From NCBI GenBank assembly GCA_049472335.1, contig JBLIRO010000003.1, positions 1 to 64,000 of the forward strand: a stretch of DNA of 64,000 bases, given 5' to 3'. Shown piece after piece: positions 21,126 through 31,057 of the stretch. Position numbers and translations under genes: made by a program. Within the stretch, counting starts at the first letter, position 1, and the number at the start of each line of letters is the position of its first letter. The notes under the pieces are model-generated. The model did no database searches. It was not told the DNA's origin and was given only the letters and a program-made list of their open reading frames with translations. The stretch is from a bacterium (lineage in GTDB: Bacteria; SZUA-182; DTGQ01; JAFGSM01).

Positions 21126-22099
21126 AGCGTTTCCTCCTTGAGATTACTAAAATTAAAATGCTCAATTCTTACTCCTTCCTGTTCAACATTCAGGGGCACT
21201 ATTTTGCATCCCTGTGCACGTAGTGAATTTTCAATATTTTCCCGCGCCTTAGGATGTCCGGAAACCATCAGAAAACCTCCTCCACCAGCACCGATAACCT
21301 TAGATCCACTAGCTCCAGCTTTCTTTGCTGCTCCAATTAAAGCATCAAGTTTTGGTAGAGTAATTTCCGAAATTAATGTTCGTTTTCTTTGCCAATGACG
21401 GTCAAGGAGTTTCCCAAAAGCTACACCATCTCTGTTTTTTAATATATGAACAACTTCATCTGCCTGTGCGATTCCCTTAATATCCTTTGGATTGCTTTTT
21501 TTTAAATGAGTAGCAAGAGATGTGAGAATATTACTAGCTGTTCTTCTAATTAAGGTATCTGCAATAATAATTTGAGTTTTCAACATATAATCTATTGCTT
21601 CTGATAAATCATCTCTTTTTCTAATGGTTATTTTACCATTTGGTTTAGTAATCATTTCAACACACCCACCAACAGCAGCAGCTATAGGATCTTGAAAACC
21701 TACAGGCTTTTTTAACAGCTCTCTTTCCCATAAATAAGCCTCCAACCCAATCTTAGATGGAGTAATATCTGTTAGCTTATTTTTAATTATTTTTTCTGCT
21801 AAAAGTAAACAAGTTACAAATGAACCACTACCTCCAAGTCCTGCTCCAGGTGAAACAGGAGACTCTACAGATTGAACACTCATACCAGGATTTCTTTTAG
21901 CAAAAAGATACCAATATTCTTCCTCCATGCGATGCGTGTTCCTATTAGTTATATGAACAGTTACTCTTAAAGATATGGCAGTACTAATTATATGTGCACC
22001 ATATTGTTTGCTAAACTCTGGCAGATCGGTTCCGCCTCCTGCAATAGATAGCCTCAAAGGAGCTGATATTAAAATTTTTTGTATATTTTTTTTACACAT
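21095..22099 (-). CDS. hddA: GHMP kinase, D-glycero-alpha-D-manno-heptose-7-phosphate kinase-like
   Basis: APLRLSIAGGGTDLP, PGAGLGGSG, VGFQD, KVIGAGGGGF. Confidence 0.8.
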   Translation of the reverse strand: MCKKNIQKILISAPLRLSIAGGGTDLPEFSKQYGAHIISTAISLRVTVHITNRNTHRMEEEYWYLFAKRNPGMSVQSVESPVSPGAGLGGSGSFVTCLLLAEKIIKNKLTDITPSKIGLEAYLWERELLKKPVGFQDPIAAAVGGCVEMITKPNGKITIRKRDDLSEAIDYMLKTQIIIADTLIRRTASNILTSLATHLKKSNPKDIKGIAQADEVVHILKNRDGVAFGKLLDRHWQRKRTLISEITLPKLDALIGAAKKAGASGSKVIGAGGGGFLMVSGHPKARENIENSLRAQGCKIVPLNVEQEGVRIEHFNFSNLKEETLCFSKSSMHR

Positions 22100-23203
22100 T
22101 CAAACACCTTTTGTGACAATCTTATCTATCTTTTTTGCACATCCTCTATTTTCAGAATTCCTGACTCGTCGAATAAACCGCATTCTTTCTCCTGCACGTC
22201 CACAAGTACATGATTCAGGCGGTGCAAGCGCTATGACATCCTCTGTAAGAATAAAACCAGGATAACTTCTTGAGCTTGCATCATAAAATGCTAAAATTCC
22301 TGGTATATTTGGCGGAACAGGTTGTAAATTATATGGATCTAAAGCTTCTAAAACTAACCAGGGAGGAGTATGAAAATAATCAGCCTCACATTTAAATAAC
22401 ACCGTATTCATTTCTACCATATTAAATGTATCGCATATTTTAATTTTATTTTTTTTGGAACATTTATTAGCTGTTTCATTTAGCACCTGAAACGAAACTT
22501 CTTCGCCCGAACGTCGCTTCCATCCCCCGCCAGTTATTATGTGCGTTACATTATTAAAATTAACCTTGTTCTCTATCGCTCCCTGCATGACATCCCAAAT
22601 AACCGGCGGTACTCCTACAATAACTTTGGGACCAAAACTTGGATCCGACAGAAGATCATAGGCAAGTACAAAATTTATCAAATCACCATTTATAACAGAG
22701 ATGGTAGGATATAAAAGCTCAACCAGTGCCATTACATAAGAAAACCATACATTTCCTGCATTTTCTAAATCAGGGCCAATCAATATTACCGTTGAATCTT
22801 CGAATGTATTTGCAATATTTCTGACACCCAATTCAACGCTGCCTAGTAAACGGCTAATAGATAGTTCATCTCTCATCACCTGGCTGGTTTTCCCCATTGT
22901 ACCACTGCTTTCGAAAACACTTATCTTTTCTTGCTCAGATACACTTGTTAACTGGTCTCCAAAATGCTTAAACCCCCGAATAGGTAGTAATTCAATTCCC
23001 TTGGGCCCATTTTCCAATATTTTCTCTGAATCAACTTCAGCCTTTTTGTACAATGTTCTATAAAGCGGACATTGTTCAATATGCCAGTTTACAGCTTCAG
23101 CCAATAATTGATTACGGGGAGTTTCCCATAATTCAGTTTTATACCAAAGTGATTCCATCTGAAATAGTGAATCTATTGGTTTTAACTCAGGTATACAATT
23201 CAT
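22100..23203 (-). CDS. luxE: LuxE-type acyl-protein synthetase
   Basis: FESSGTMGKTSQVMRDELSISRLLGSV, NVWFSYVM, ITGGGWK, DTFNMVEMNT, YPGFILTED, C-terminal RGC. Confidence 0.9.
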   Translation of the reverse strand: MNCIPELKPIDSLFQMESLWYKTELWETPRNQLLAEAVNWHIEQCPLYRTLYKKAEVDSEKILENGPKGIELLPIRGFKHFGDQLTSVSEQEKISVFESSGTMGKTSQVMRDELSISRLLGSVELGVRNIANTFEDSTVILIGPDLENAGNVWFSYVMALVELLYPTISVINGDLINFVLAYDLLSDPSFGPKVIVGVPPVIWDVMQGAIENKVNFNNVTHIITGGGWKRRSGEEVSFQVLNETANKCSKKNKIKICDTFNMVEMNTVLFKCEADYFHTPPWLVLEALDPYNLQPVPPNIPGILAFYDASSRSYPGFILTEDVIALAPPESCTCGRAGERMRFIRRVRNSENRGCAKKIDKIVTKGV

Positions 23204-23264
23204 TATCTACCCCTTACCTAAATATAATAATCTTAGTCTTTGTCTTATAATGATAAAAATCAAT

Positions 23265-24197
23265 CTATAAAACCACTGGTGTTAACCAATTATAAGGAGC
23301 TTTTGATCCACTGTCACATATTTGAAAATAACGATCACGGAATTTACATGTAAGACTTCCCGGCTCACCATTACCAATTTTTATATCATCTACTTCGATT
23401 ACAGGCTGAATTTCAGAAAGGGTACCACATGTGAATATTTCATCTGCTATATATAGTTCAGTTCTGTCTACCTCACGCTCAATAACTTCTAAATTAAATT
23501 CTATTTTTAATAACTCAATTGTATTTTTACGTGTAATACTTTCCAGTATTCCGGCTGTAACTGGTGGAGTGATAACCTGTCCATCTCTAATAATAAATAT
23601 TGCCGAACCAGGTGTTTCAGCAACTTTATTCCGTTCATTAAGAAGTATTGCTTCGTTGACTCCTTTTCTTTTTGCCTCAATTGTAGGCATACGAAATGCT
23701 GTATAAGCAGCGCCAGCCTTAATTCTAGGCGGTAGCGTTGAATCAGTAAGCCTCCTCCAACTGCTAACACATGCTCTTGATCCAACTGTTGTCAATTGTG
23801 GGCGAGGGACAGGAAAAACAACTATATAACTTCCGAGAGTAACTTCCTCAGGTTTATATCCATAACGGCCTGATTGTATAAAAATAGTCGGCCTTATATA
23901 ACAATGTTCACAAAAATTTAGGGCTAAAATAAGTTCAAATATTCCCTTGCGAAATTTTTTAATTAATTCTTGGGTACAAGGAATCCATAGTAAACGAGCT
24001 GATTGTGCAAATCGTCTCATATGGTCATCTAAACTAAGTATATAGTACTTATTATCAGATCCGTTCCAGTAAGCCCTCAAACCTTCAAAAACACTTGTCC
24101 CTCTAATAGCTAATTCTGACCATACATGAACTGTTGCTTTTTCCCATGGAACAATTTTTTCATTATACCATATTAAACTAGGTATTAATTCTGCCAT
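23265..24197 (-). CDS. Class IV (branched-chain amino acid-type) PLP aminotransferase
   Basis: SVFEGLRAY, YIRP, PPRIKAGAAY (PLP lysine), ILESITR, GTLSEIQPV; start placed at ATG 24197 after GGAGGAG. Confidence 0.88.
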   Translation of the reverse strand: MAELIPSLIWYNEKIVPWEKATVHVWSELAIRGTSVFEGLRAYWNGSDNKYYILSLDDHMRRFAQSARLLWIPCTQELIKKFRKGIFELILALNFCEHCYIRPTIFIQSGRYGYKPEEVTLGSYIVVFPVPRPQLTTVGSRACVSSWRRLTDSTLPPRIKAGAAYTAFRMPTIEAKRKGVNEAILLNERNKVAETPGSAIFIIRDGQVITPPVTAGILESITRKNTIELLKIEFNLEVIEREVDRTELYIADEIFTCGTLSEIQPVIEVDDIKIGNGEPGSLTCKFRDRYFQICDSGSKAPYNWLTPVVL

Positions 24198-24321
24198 ATT
24201 CTCCTCCATTTTTCGAATATAAAATAGACAACTTATCAAAAAGTCTGTGGCAAGATAAAAAAAACATTGAACAGGAAATAACTATCTGCTTTGATTTAGG
24301 CGTATATTAGAAAATAGAAAT

Positions 24322-25053
24322 TTAATTTACAGTTTGTTTGTTAGTTGGTTTTGGTAGTTTACCATCTTTTACTAATTCCGCCAATTCAAAATACCCTTGA
24401 GGATCACCTATTTGAAGTGGTGGAATATTCCATTCAAAAGCTCCCATCCGTTTTCTAGCAATAAGGTCTTTAAAAAAATCCGATTCATCTATCTTGGTAT
24501 GCAAAGAAAGTTTTTTTAGACAATCACGTTTTACTACATAAACTCCAAGATCCAAATGTGTTCGATGACCTTCATTTGGATCTTTACTATATAAGGTCAC
24601 AAGAGAATCCCGAATTGCCACATTACTCAGATAGGGAGGAGGCTCATTTTTTCCTACTGTCATAAGAACATCCATTTTTTTTGAATCGAAAACCTTATTC
24701 AAAACTTTTATAGATACTGTTGGATATACATCGCCAAATAAAAAAAGAAACTTATTATCTAAAAAATCAATTGCATAAGCTAAAGCCCCTATGACTCCTA
24801 AAGCATAAGGCTCCACAGAATAAGTAACTTTTAATGATTCTGGAGTAATTTGAGGAAGGATATTTATTATTTTTTTTGATAAATGCCCAAGGCATAGATG
24901 GCAACTTTTTATTCCCTGTTTAGTAATAGTATCTAATATGTAATTAATAAATGGCTTATTCTGTATTGGTGCTAAGACCTTAGGTGTATCAACTAAAATA
25001 GACTGCATTCGTTTTGCATAGCCTCCAGCTACAATAACAACCTGTTCAATCAT
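24322..25053 (-). CDS. hddC: Sugar-phosphate nucleotidyltransferase (HddC-like heptose-1-phosphate guanylyltransferase)
   Basis: IVAGGYAKRM, PKVLAPIQNKPFI, FLFGD; clustered with gmhA, hddA and gmhB. Confidence 0.7.
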   Translation of the reverse strand: MIEQVVIVAGGYAKRMQSILVDTPKVLAPIQNKPFINYILDTITKQGIKSCHLCLGHLSKKIINILPQITPESLKVTYSVEPYALGVIGALAYAIDFLDNKFLFLFGDVYPTVSIKVLNKVFDSKKMDVLMTVGKNEPPPYLSNVAIRDSLVTLYSKDPNEGHRTHLDLGVYVVKRDCLKKLSLHTKIDESDFFKDLIARKRMGAFEWNIPPLQIGDPQGYFELAELVKDGKLPKPTNKQTVN

Positions 25054-25832
25054 TTGAATTCCTTTAAATTATTAATAGTTGAACTATACGGTTTTCTTAT
25101 AATAGTAAGTCCGTTACACAAAGGATTATGAAAAATGCTCCATCCACAATTCATTTGTTTAATTATTATTTTTTTTTCATTAAACTTTTTATCAAATAAA
25201 TCTTCAATGGCTTTAATTACTCCTCGTTTATTATCCCAACCATAACCAAGAGTTCCATCATGCCGACGATAGATTATATTTAAATTTGTATCATGTAAAA
25301 TTACTATTCCGCCTGCTGATACAAGAGATAAAGCCAGAGATAATTCGCTCTTTGTTTGCAAATATGTATGGTTTGTATCAATAAAAATTATATCTGGAAA
25401 TCCTTGTATATTCCTTGATCTAGCCCATTCACAATAATTTTTTAGAAATTCTACTGAATCTGATTGAACAAATATTCGACCGGGAAAATTTAATACTTGA
25501 GAACAATCGTCACAATCAACACCAATTACAAAACATTTTGTCAAATACGAAATTCTTTCAAATACAAACGTTGATTCTCCATCACGCACACCCAATTCTA
25601 TTATTATTTTAGGCTTGACTAAAAGGCTTTCTATAAAGATTGTTTCAAGATGGCTTGATATATCAGTTGGTTCAGACATACGCTCTTGAATATCCCTTAA
25701 AAAAGGATTGATTGAAAGCAGAGAAGGTCTTACTCTAAACTTTTTAAAAAAATTTAATGTCCTATTGTATATATTAATCAGCCGTTCGTATTTCTCACCG
25801 GTTTTTATTTCATTATTTTTATTTTTTATCAT
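25050..25832 (-). CDS. Class I SAM-dependent methyltransferase (Methyltransf_24-like)
   Basis: IIELGVRDGEST, IFIDTNHTY, GGIVILHD. Confidence 0.85.
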   Translation of the reverse strand: MIKNKNNEIKTGEKYERLINIYNRTLNFFKKFRVRPSLLSINPFLRDIQERMSEPTDISSHLETIFIESLLVKPKIIIELGVRDGESTFVFERISYLTKCFVIGVDCDDCSQVLNFPGRIFVQSDSVEFLKNYCEWARSRNIQGFPDIIFIDTNHTYLQTKSELSLALSLVSAGGIVILHDTNLNIIYRRHDGTLGYGWDNKRGVIKAIEDLFDKKFNEKKIIIKQMNCGWSIFHNPLCNGLTIIRKPYSSTINNLKEFK

Positions 25833-25847
25833 GAACTGTCAATGCCT

Positions 25848-26711
25848 TCATTTTTTGCGATCAGATCGCGAAAATAGAACAAGTTCTAAAATAGATGGTT
25901 TAATAAAATCTTTTCTGAATCCATCTAATTTGTTTAATTCGTGGATGTATTTCTCTAAAGTTATTCTTGCAGCCGCCAAATTTTTACCAATATTATGACG
26001 TGCATTATCAACATTTATAAGCAAGACATTTTCATGGCTTTGTTTACAAATCCATTTCAATTCTTCATAATCAACCCATTCATCCTCTGTCGCAGCGAAT
26101 AACCGTACAGGAATATAAATTTCCTGCAAATCCTTTAAGCTATCTTCAGCCCCTTCCATACCATTTGACCTGGCATCAAAAACGAACAATGAAGAAACTG
26201 GTTGATCAAGTATTATGCCTTCTTCATATTTACCATCTATCACAGTTTGAAAATAGTCTTTACCTGATGCTTTATGAACAACATGCCGTATGTCAAGTAC
26301 AGGTACAAATGCAGAGAAAGATGAATACTCTTTACCAGCTTTTTGTTTGGCGATAAACCTTGTTGCAGGGCGAGTACTCAAACTCATTGTAAGAAGATGA
26401 AGCCGAATATGCGGCCATTTATTTCTTATCCATAGGGTAGTATCATATAAATCTGTCAAAACCTGTGACAGTGTAAATTCTAATGAAGTTCCACTGCTTT
26501 CACCGACATGATTCCTAAGATCAATCCTCACATTTGCATAACCATTGACTGCAAGGGTGGCTGCTAACAAAGCAAGGTTTTCACGCTTACGGCCAAAAGG
26601 AGGACAGATTACAATCATCTGGTGCCATTCTGTACTTGGCTGAGTAAGTGTAATTATTAAAGATGGATCTGAAATACAAAAATCTTCTCTATACAAGTCT
26701 AACTTTTTCAT
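25848..26711 (-). CDS. luxD: LuxD-type acyl transferase / acyl-ACP thioesterase
   Basis: FGRKRENLALLAATLAVNGY...DLRNHVGESSG...EFTLS, nucleophile MSLS, EDEWV, HNIGKN match the LuxD pattern. Confidence 0.82.
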   Translation of the reverse strand: MKKLDLYREDFCISDPSLIITLTQPSTEWHQMIVICPPFGRKRENLALLAATLAVNGYANVRIDLRNHVGESSGTSLEFTLSQVLTDLYDTTLWIRNKWPHIRLHLLTMSLSTRPATRFIAKQKAGKEYSSFSAFVPVLDIRHVVHKASGKDYFQTVIDGKYEEGIILDQPVSSLFVFDARSNGMEGAEDSLKDLQEIYIPVRLFAATEDEWVDYEELKWICKQSHENVLLINVDNARHNIGKNLAAARITLEKYIHELNKLDGFRKDFIKPSILELVLFSRSDRKK

Positions 26712-27438
26712 TTGTGTTCATCCCTTTTAAAGAATGTATTATATTTTTTAATTGCGATAATGTATTTATAACTAATCCTGCCTCGGTGGGGGCTTGAAGA
26801 TTAAAGCGATTATAATATACTGAACAACCAATCCCAGCGTTCGAAGATGCCCATACATCATAATATGGATCATCTCCTATGTGCCAGCATAATGCAGGAT
26901 TTATCTGTCCTATACGTTTTAAAGCTAGTTTAAAAGCCTCTGGGTCTGGTTTTCTTACTCCATCAACTTCAGAATCAACAATAGCTGTAAAATATTCCAG
27001 CAAACTAAACTTTTCTAAATCAGCTCTTAAACGGCCATTGGTATTAGATACTATGGCTAAAATCAAGCCTTGCTGTTTCAAATCCTTTAAAATATCCGAA
27101 GTATCTTGCTCACATATTGTCCATAAAGAATTTTCAATTGTATCAATATATTTAATAGCTAACCACACCTGCTCTGCATATTTTACGTTTACACTCAATT
27201 TTTCCACATACATTTTTTTTACCATATAAGATTTCCAGTAATTTTCAGGGTCTGAAGAGTTTGCAGCTTCATATGCTGTAAGAAAAAGAGCCTTTGAGGC
27301 AATATTTGCATCCACATAAATTCCGGTTCTTTCATATATTACTTTTGCTATTTTAAAACCATCAGGGTGTATAAGAACACCGCCGACATCAAATAATAAA
27401 ACTTTTGGAAAGGGAACCTTAATCATCATAATAAACAC
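26689..27438 (-). CDS. HAD-superfamily hydrolase (subfamily IA)
   Basis: FDVGGVL, IVSNT, RKPDPEAF, HIGDDPYYD. Confidence 0.88.
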   Translation of the reverse strand: MFIMMIKVPFPKVLLFDVGGVLIHPDGFKIAKVIYERTGIYVDANIASKALFLTAYEAANSSDPENYWKSYMVKKMYVEKLSVNVKYAEQVWLAIKYIDTIENSLWTICEQDTSDILKDLKQQGLILAIVSNTNGRLRADLEKFSLLEYFTAIVDSEVDGVRKPDPEAFKLALKRIGQINPALCWHIGDDPYYDVWASSNAGIGCSVYYNRFNLQAPTEAGLVINTLSQLKNIIHSLKGMNTNEKVRLV

Positions 27439-27455
27439 TAATATTGGATAGGATG

Positions 27456-28043
27456 TTAAATTATAAACCTGGAGGATGTAATATTAGTAACATCCAACAA
27501 TGGTGTTTTAGCATCTCCAGACTCAATACTCCTTTTCCATGCTTGTAATACTGGTATCTGATGCTCTGGAAAGGCAATTTTTTTGGGAAGCTTATCATAT
27601 TTAAAAAAACATACTTCAGATGATTCAGTACTTGCTTTAAGGTTTACATTTTTTAAAGAGGGAATTGCAAAATAATAAATACACAAGGTTGGTAATATTA
27701 AATTTCCCGATTCATCTTTTCCAGATGAAATCCAACAACCAAGTATTCCTGTCAAAACTATTTTTATTCCTGTTTCTTCAAAACATTCTCGTATTGCTGT
27801 TATTCCAGGATGTTCTCCTAAATCACAATGCCCTCCAGGAATATCCCAATAATCAAAAAAGGGATCAATGTTTCTTTTTACCAGCAATAATCCAGTTGTA
27901 TTATAAACCAATGCCGCTCCACATGGTTTTGAATTAAGCCAAAACCGGTTATGACAATTATCACAGGTCACAGGAGGTATATTTTTTAATTTATTACCAC
28001 AACGAAAACAATATTTAAAATCTACTATTTTCGACAATGACAA
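27456..28043 (-). CDS. NUDIX hydrolase with N-terminal zinc ribbon
   Basis: CFRCG...CDNC; Nudix box GGHCDLGEHPGITAIRECFEETG. Confidence 0.9.
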   Translation of the reverse strand: MSLSKIVDFKYCFRCGNKLKNIPPVTCDNCHNRFWLNSKPCGAALVYNTTGLLLVKRNIDPFFDYWDIPGGHCDLGEHPGITAIRECFEETGIKIVLTGILGCWISSGKDESGNLILPTLCIYYFAIPSLKNVNLKASTESSEVCFFKYDKLPKKIAFPEHQIPVLQAWKRSIESGDAKTPLLDVTNITSSRFII

Positions 28044-28062
28044 CTCCTATTTCGATTTCATA

Positions 28063-28662
28063 TTATTTAATTGATTCCCATTTTGTTTTAGTAATCTGGA
28101 GCTTTGGATGGCTTACAAGAATATGCCAAATTATAGAGCAAATTCCCTCAGCATGAGGAGTAATTCTTTCTTTCGTTACTACCGGAATAAGAATACACTT
28201 ATGAGCTACTTTTAGAGTATAACCTCCATCACGACTTACTATTCCAAAAATTGATGCTCCAATTTTCTGCCCATATTCAAGAGCTTTTACTATGTTAACC
28301 GAAACTTCTTTTTTCTTATTTCCACCACCTACAGAGAAAATTAAAATTCCGTCATTTGAATTAAACATAGATCCTTTTAGCCAATCTACAAAACAATCGT
28401 CCCATCCATTATCATTGATACGGGCGGTTAATTCAGAAATGTTATCTGTAGGTGCATATGCTTCAATATTGCATAATTTACGAAAATCATTTACTGCATG
28501 ATTTGCATTAGCTGCAGATCCACCTACACCCAATATGAACAGTCGTCCCATCCGATCTCGAAGAGTTACAAGTTCCTCAGCTAACTGTTCCACACATTCA
28601 ATATCAAGTTTTTTTAAAATTTCTATACTTTCATTGATATAATTACTTATAAATCCATTCAT
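28063..28662 (-). CDS. gmhA: SIS-domain phosphoheptose isomerase-like protein
   Basis: GVGGSAANANHAVND, LTARINDNG, FSVGGG, HAEG. Confidence 0.8.
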   Translation of the reverse strand: MNGFISNYINESIEILKKLDIECVEQLAEELVTLRDRMGRLFILGVGGSAANANHAVNDFRKLCNIEAYAPTDNISELTARINDNGWDDCFVDWLKGSMFNSNDGILIFSVGGGNKKKEVSVNIVKALEYGQKIGASIFGIVSRDGGYTLKVAHKCILIPVVTKERITPHAEGICSIIWHILVSHPKLQITKTKWESIK

Positions 28663-29453
28663 AATCTATATCCTGCCAATAAAACATCTTTCCTAAACAT
28701 CTGAATTGTTTCAATGCTCATAGTTTCAAGATCTTTATTTAACCTATGCAGATTCTTTAAAATTGACGGTGAGAGAGTTATAATATCACATCCAACTTCT
28801 TCTGCCTGTTTTATGTTAAGCAATTCTCTTGGACTCGCCCATAATAGTTCAACATCTTGTCCTGCATTACTACATAGAATTTTTGCTTTTTTCATAATAG
28901 GAACAGGATTCCGGCCTGTATCTGCTATTCTTCCAGCAAATACAGAAATAATAGTCTTATTATTTTTTACAACTTCACATGATTTTTCTACTTGTTTTAG
29001 GGTACAAATACCTGTGACATTTACCGGTATCTTTGCCTGAGTTAGATTTTTAATAATAGGAAAAGTTGGAATACCTGAAGTATTTGTTACTGGTATTTTA
29101 ATATAAACATTAGGACCTAAAGTACTTAGAAGTTTTGCCTGTCTTTCCATCTCTTCTAAGTCATCAGAAAGTACCTCAAATGAAATAGGCTTTCCATTTA
29201 CAATATTCACAGTGTTCATACAAAAGTCCCAGTAATCATCTATACCCGCTTGACGAACAAGAGTTGGATTTGTTGTGAAACCCTGGATGCCAGGATCTTT
29301 TGCCAGTTTTATAATGGATTCCAAATCAGCTCCATCAGCAAAGATTTTTACAGATGTCGAATATTTGTGTACTCCCTTTTGATGTAGTGCTTTTTCTTTT
29401 TTAAAACTATTTATATCACAATGAGCTTTTTCAGTTATTATCTGATGATCCAT
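28659..29453 (-). CDS. tal: Transaldolase (small FSA/TalC type)
   Basis: IFADGAD, GFTTNPT, VYIKIP (Schiff-base lysine), VNVT, SVFAGRIAD, LLWASPRE. Confidence 0.88.
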   Translation of the reverse strand: MDHQIITEKAHCDINSFKKEKALHQKGVHKYSTSVKIFADGADLESIIKLAKDPGIQGFTTNPTLVRQAGIDDYWDFCMNTVNIVNGKPISFEVLSDDLEEMERQAKLLSTLGPNVYIKIPVTNTSGIPTFPIIKNLTQAKIPVNVTGICTLKQVEKSCEVVKNNKTIISVFAGRIADTGRNPVPIMKKAKILCSNAGQDVELLWASPRELLNIKQAEEVGCDIITLSPSILKNLHRLNKDLETMSIETIQMFRKDVLLAGYRL

Positions 29454-29524
29454 GATTTATATACCTCCTTTTATAATAGAAATTTCCAAATAACATTTTT
29501 AAAGTTTGATTTGTAAAAAAGAAA

Positions 29525-31057
29525 CTATAAGTAAATAATATTTAGTACATTTAGTCCTTCACAATCATTGCTTTTTATAATATGCCACCTGGTTGATACC
29601 AAAGATTTCAAAAAAACCATATCATGACTTACTAGTAGAAGACTTGAAGGTGTTTCTTTTAGAGCCTCCTCCAAACATAGAATTGAAGTCATATCCATAT
29701 GATTTGTAGGCTCGTCCATAATTATTAAAATCGGATCCTCTTCCATTCCCATAGCAAGGATTAATTTCCTGATTTCTCCTGGACTAAGGACATTAGCATT
29801 CAATAATTTTTTAGGATCAGAACCAAGCCTATTTATAATTGATAGAACTCTTCCACGAACTTCGTTGGGGCTTTCGTGAAATGTTGCAAGTATCCTTGTT
29901 GCATTTTTAATTTCAATCTCCTGGGGGATATAAAGAAACGAAAAATCTGCATCCTTTATCTCTGAAATAATTAATCTGATAAGACTACTCTTTCCGATAC
30001 CATTAATACCAGTTATACCGATTCTGTCAGATGGTTTTATAACCAACTCTGGTAGTTTAAGTTGTTTACTATCTGAAATAATAAGAATTCGAGGGGCACA
30101 ATAATAAATAATGTCTCTTTTAGAATTATCACCAAAGGAGGAAATACCTGTTTTTTGTTTTTTTTTTATCCGTTTTAATTCTAACTTCATTTTTACATGT
30201 TTAAAACGACCATCTAATTGTCTTAATAATTTACCTCCAATACCATCTTTTCCTGATACTCTGGCAAGATTTTTCTTAAAACGTGCATCATGATCTTTTG
30301 GAGCTAATCTTCGCTTTGATCGTCTCTTTTGCTGGCTTTCTGCAAGTCTTTTTCTATTTTTTATTTCTTTTTCAATTTTTTTATATTCCTTTTTAACAAT
30401 ATTGTAGGATGAAAGTGCCGAATTGAAATCATTTTTTTGTTGAATGAGACCCTGAGTAATACCTCCTGGCCTTATAATGATTTCATCCGATTCAATAAAA
30501 AGACATTGTGAACATAGGGCATCGAGTAGATGACGATTATGACTTACTAATAGTCCGATACCAGTAAAGCTTTTCAACGCATTTAAAACTATCTCAGAAG
30601 ACTCATAATCCATATGATTAGTAGGTTCATCCATTGCTAATAAATCAGGTAATGACCATAAAGCTATAGCTACTTGAAATCGTTTACGTTCACCACAACT
30701 GAGAGTATCCCAACGATATATCCAATCATCTTTAATACTTAGCATTGAGCAAAGTTTTCTGCTGTCATTATTAGGCGAATATAAAAAAGCCTCAAAATCA
30801 TTAGGTGGAAATTCTATTTGTTGTTGACAATAAAACACTTTAGAAGGGCCTTTTATATATCCACTTTTTGGTTTAATAACTGCAGTGGCTAGTTTTAGTA
30901 GTGTTGTTTTTCCAGCCCCATTATTTCCGATAATTCCTGTCCAACCTGAAGTAAGTGTAAAATTAATATCTTTAAATAGATCTTTTTCTAGAGTGTCATA
31001 AGTAAAACTAACAGATTTAAATGTTAGAAATTCTTGATTATTTTTTTGCATCATCAT
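29525..31057 (-). CDS. ABC-F family ATP-binding protein (two NBDs, no TM segments)
   Basis: GNNGAGKTT, LSCGE, DEPTNH; basic helical linker; GINGIGKSS, LSPGE, DEPTNH, VSHD. Confidence 0.88.
   Translation of the reverse strand: MMMQKNNQEFLTFKSVSFTYDTLEKDLFKDINFTLTSGWTGIIGNNGAGKTTLLKLATAVIKPKSGYIKGPSKVFYCQQQIEFPPNDFEAFLYSPNNDSRKLCSMLSIKDDWIYRWDTLSCGERKRFQVAIALWSLPDLLAMDEPTNHMDYESSEIVLNALKSFTGIGLLVSHNRHLLDALCSQCLFIESDEIIIRPGGITQGLIQQKNDFNSALSSYNIVKKEYKKIEKEIKNRKRLAESQQKRRSKRRLAPKDHDARFKKNLARVSGKDGIGGKLLRQLDGRFKHVKMKLELKRIKKKQKTGISSFGDNSKRDIIYYCAPRILIISDSKQLKLPELVIKPSDRIGITGINGIGKSSLIRLIISEIKDADFSFLYIPQEIEIKNATRILATFHESPNEVRGRVLSIINRLGSDPKKLLNANVLSPGEIRKLILAMGMEEDPILIIMDEPTNHMDMTSILCLEEALKETPSSLLLVSHDMVFLKSLVSTRWHIIKSNDCEGLNVLNIIYL

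Noticed and set aside
12766..26711. Bioluminescence (lux) operon
   Set aside because: No luxA/luxB- or luxG-like gene in the window, and luxC, luxD and luxE are dispersed among sugar genes rather than in luxCDABE order
10132..29453. Ordinary LPS-core or capsule heptose locus
   Set aside because: No GT9 heptosyltransferases, flippase, polymerase or Kps/Wzm-Wzt genes; luxCDE and ABC-F are unexplained by that model, though it is not fully excluded
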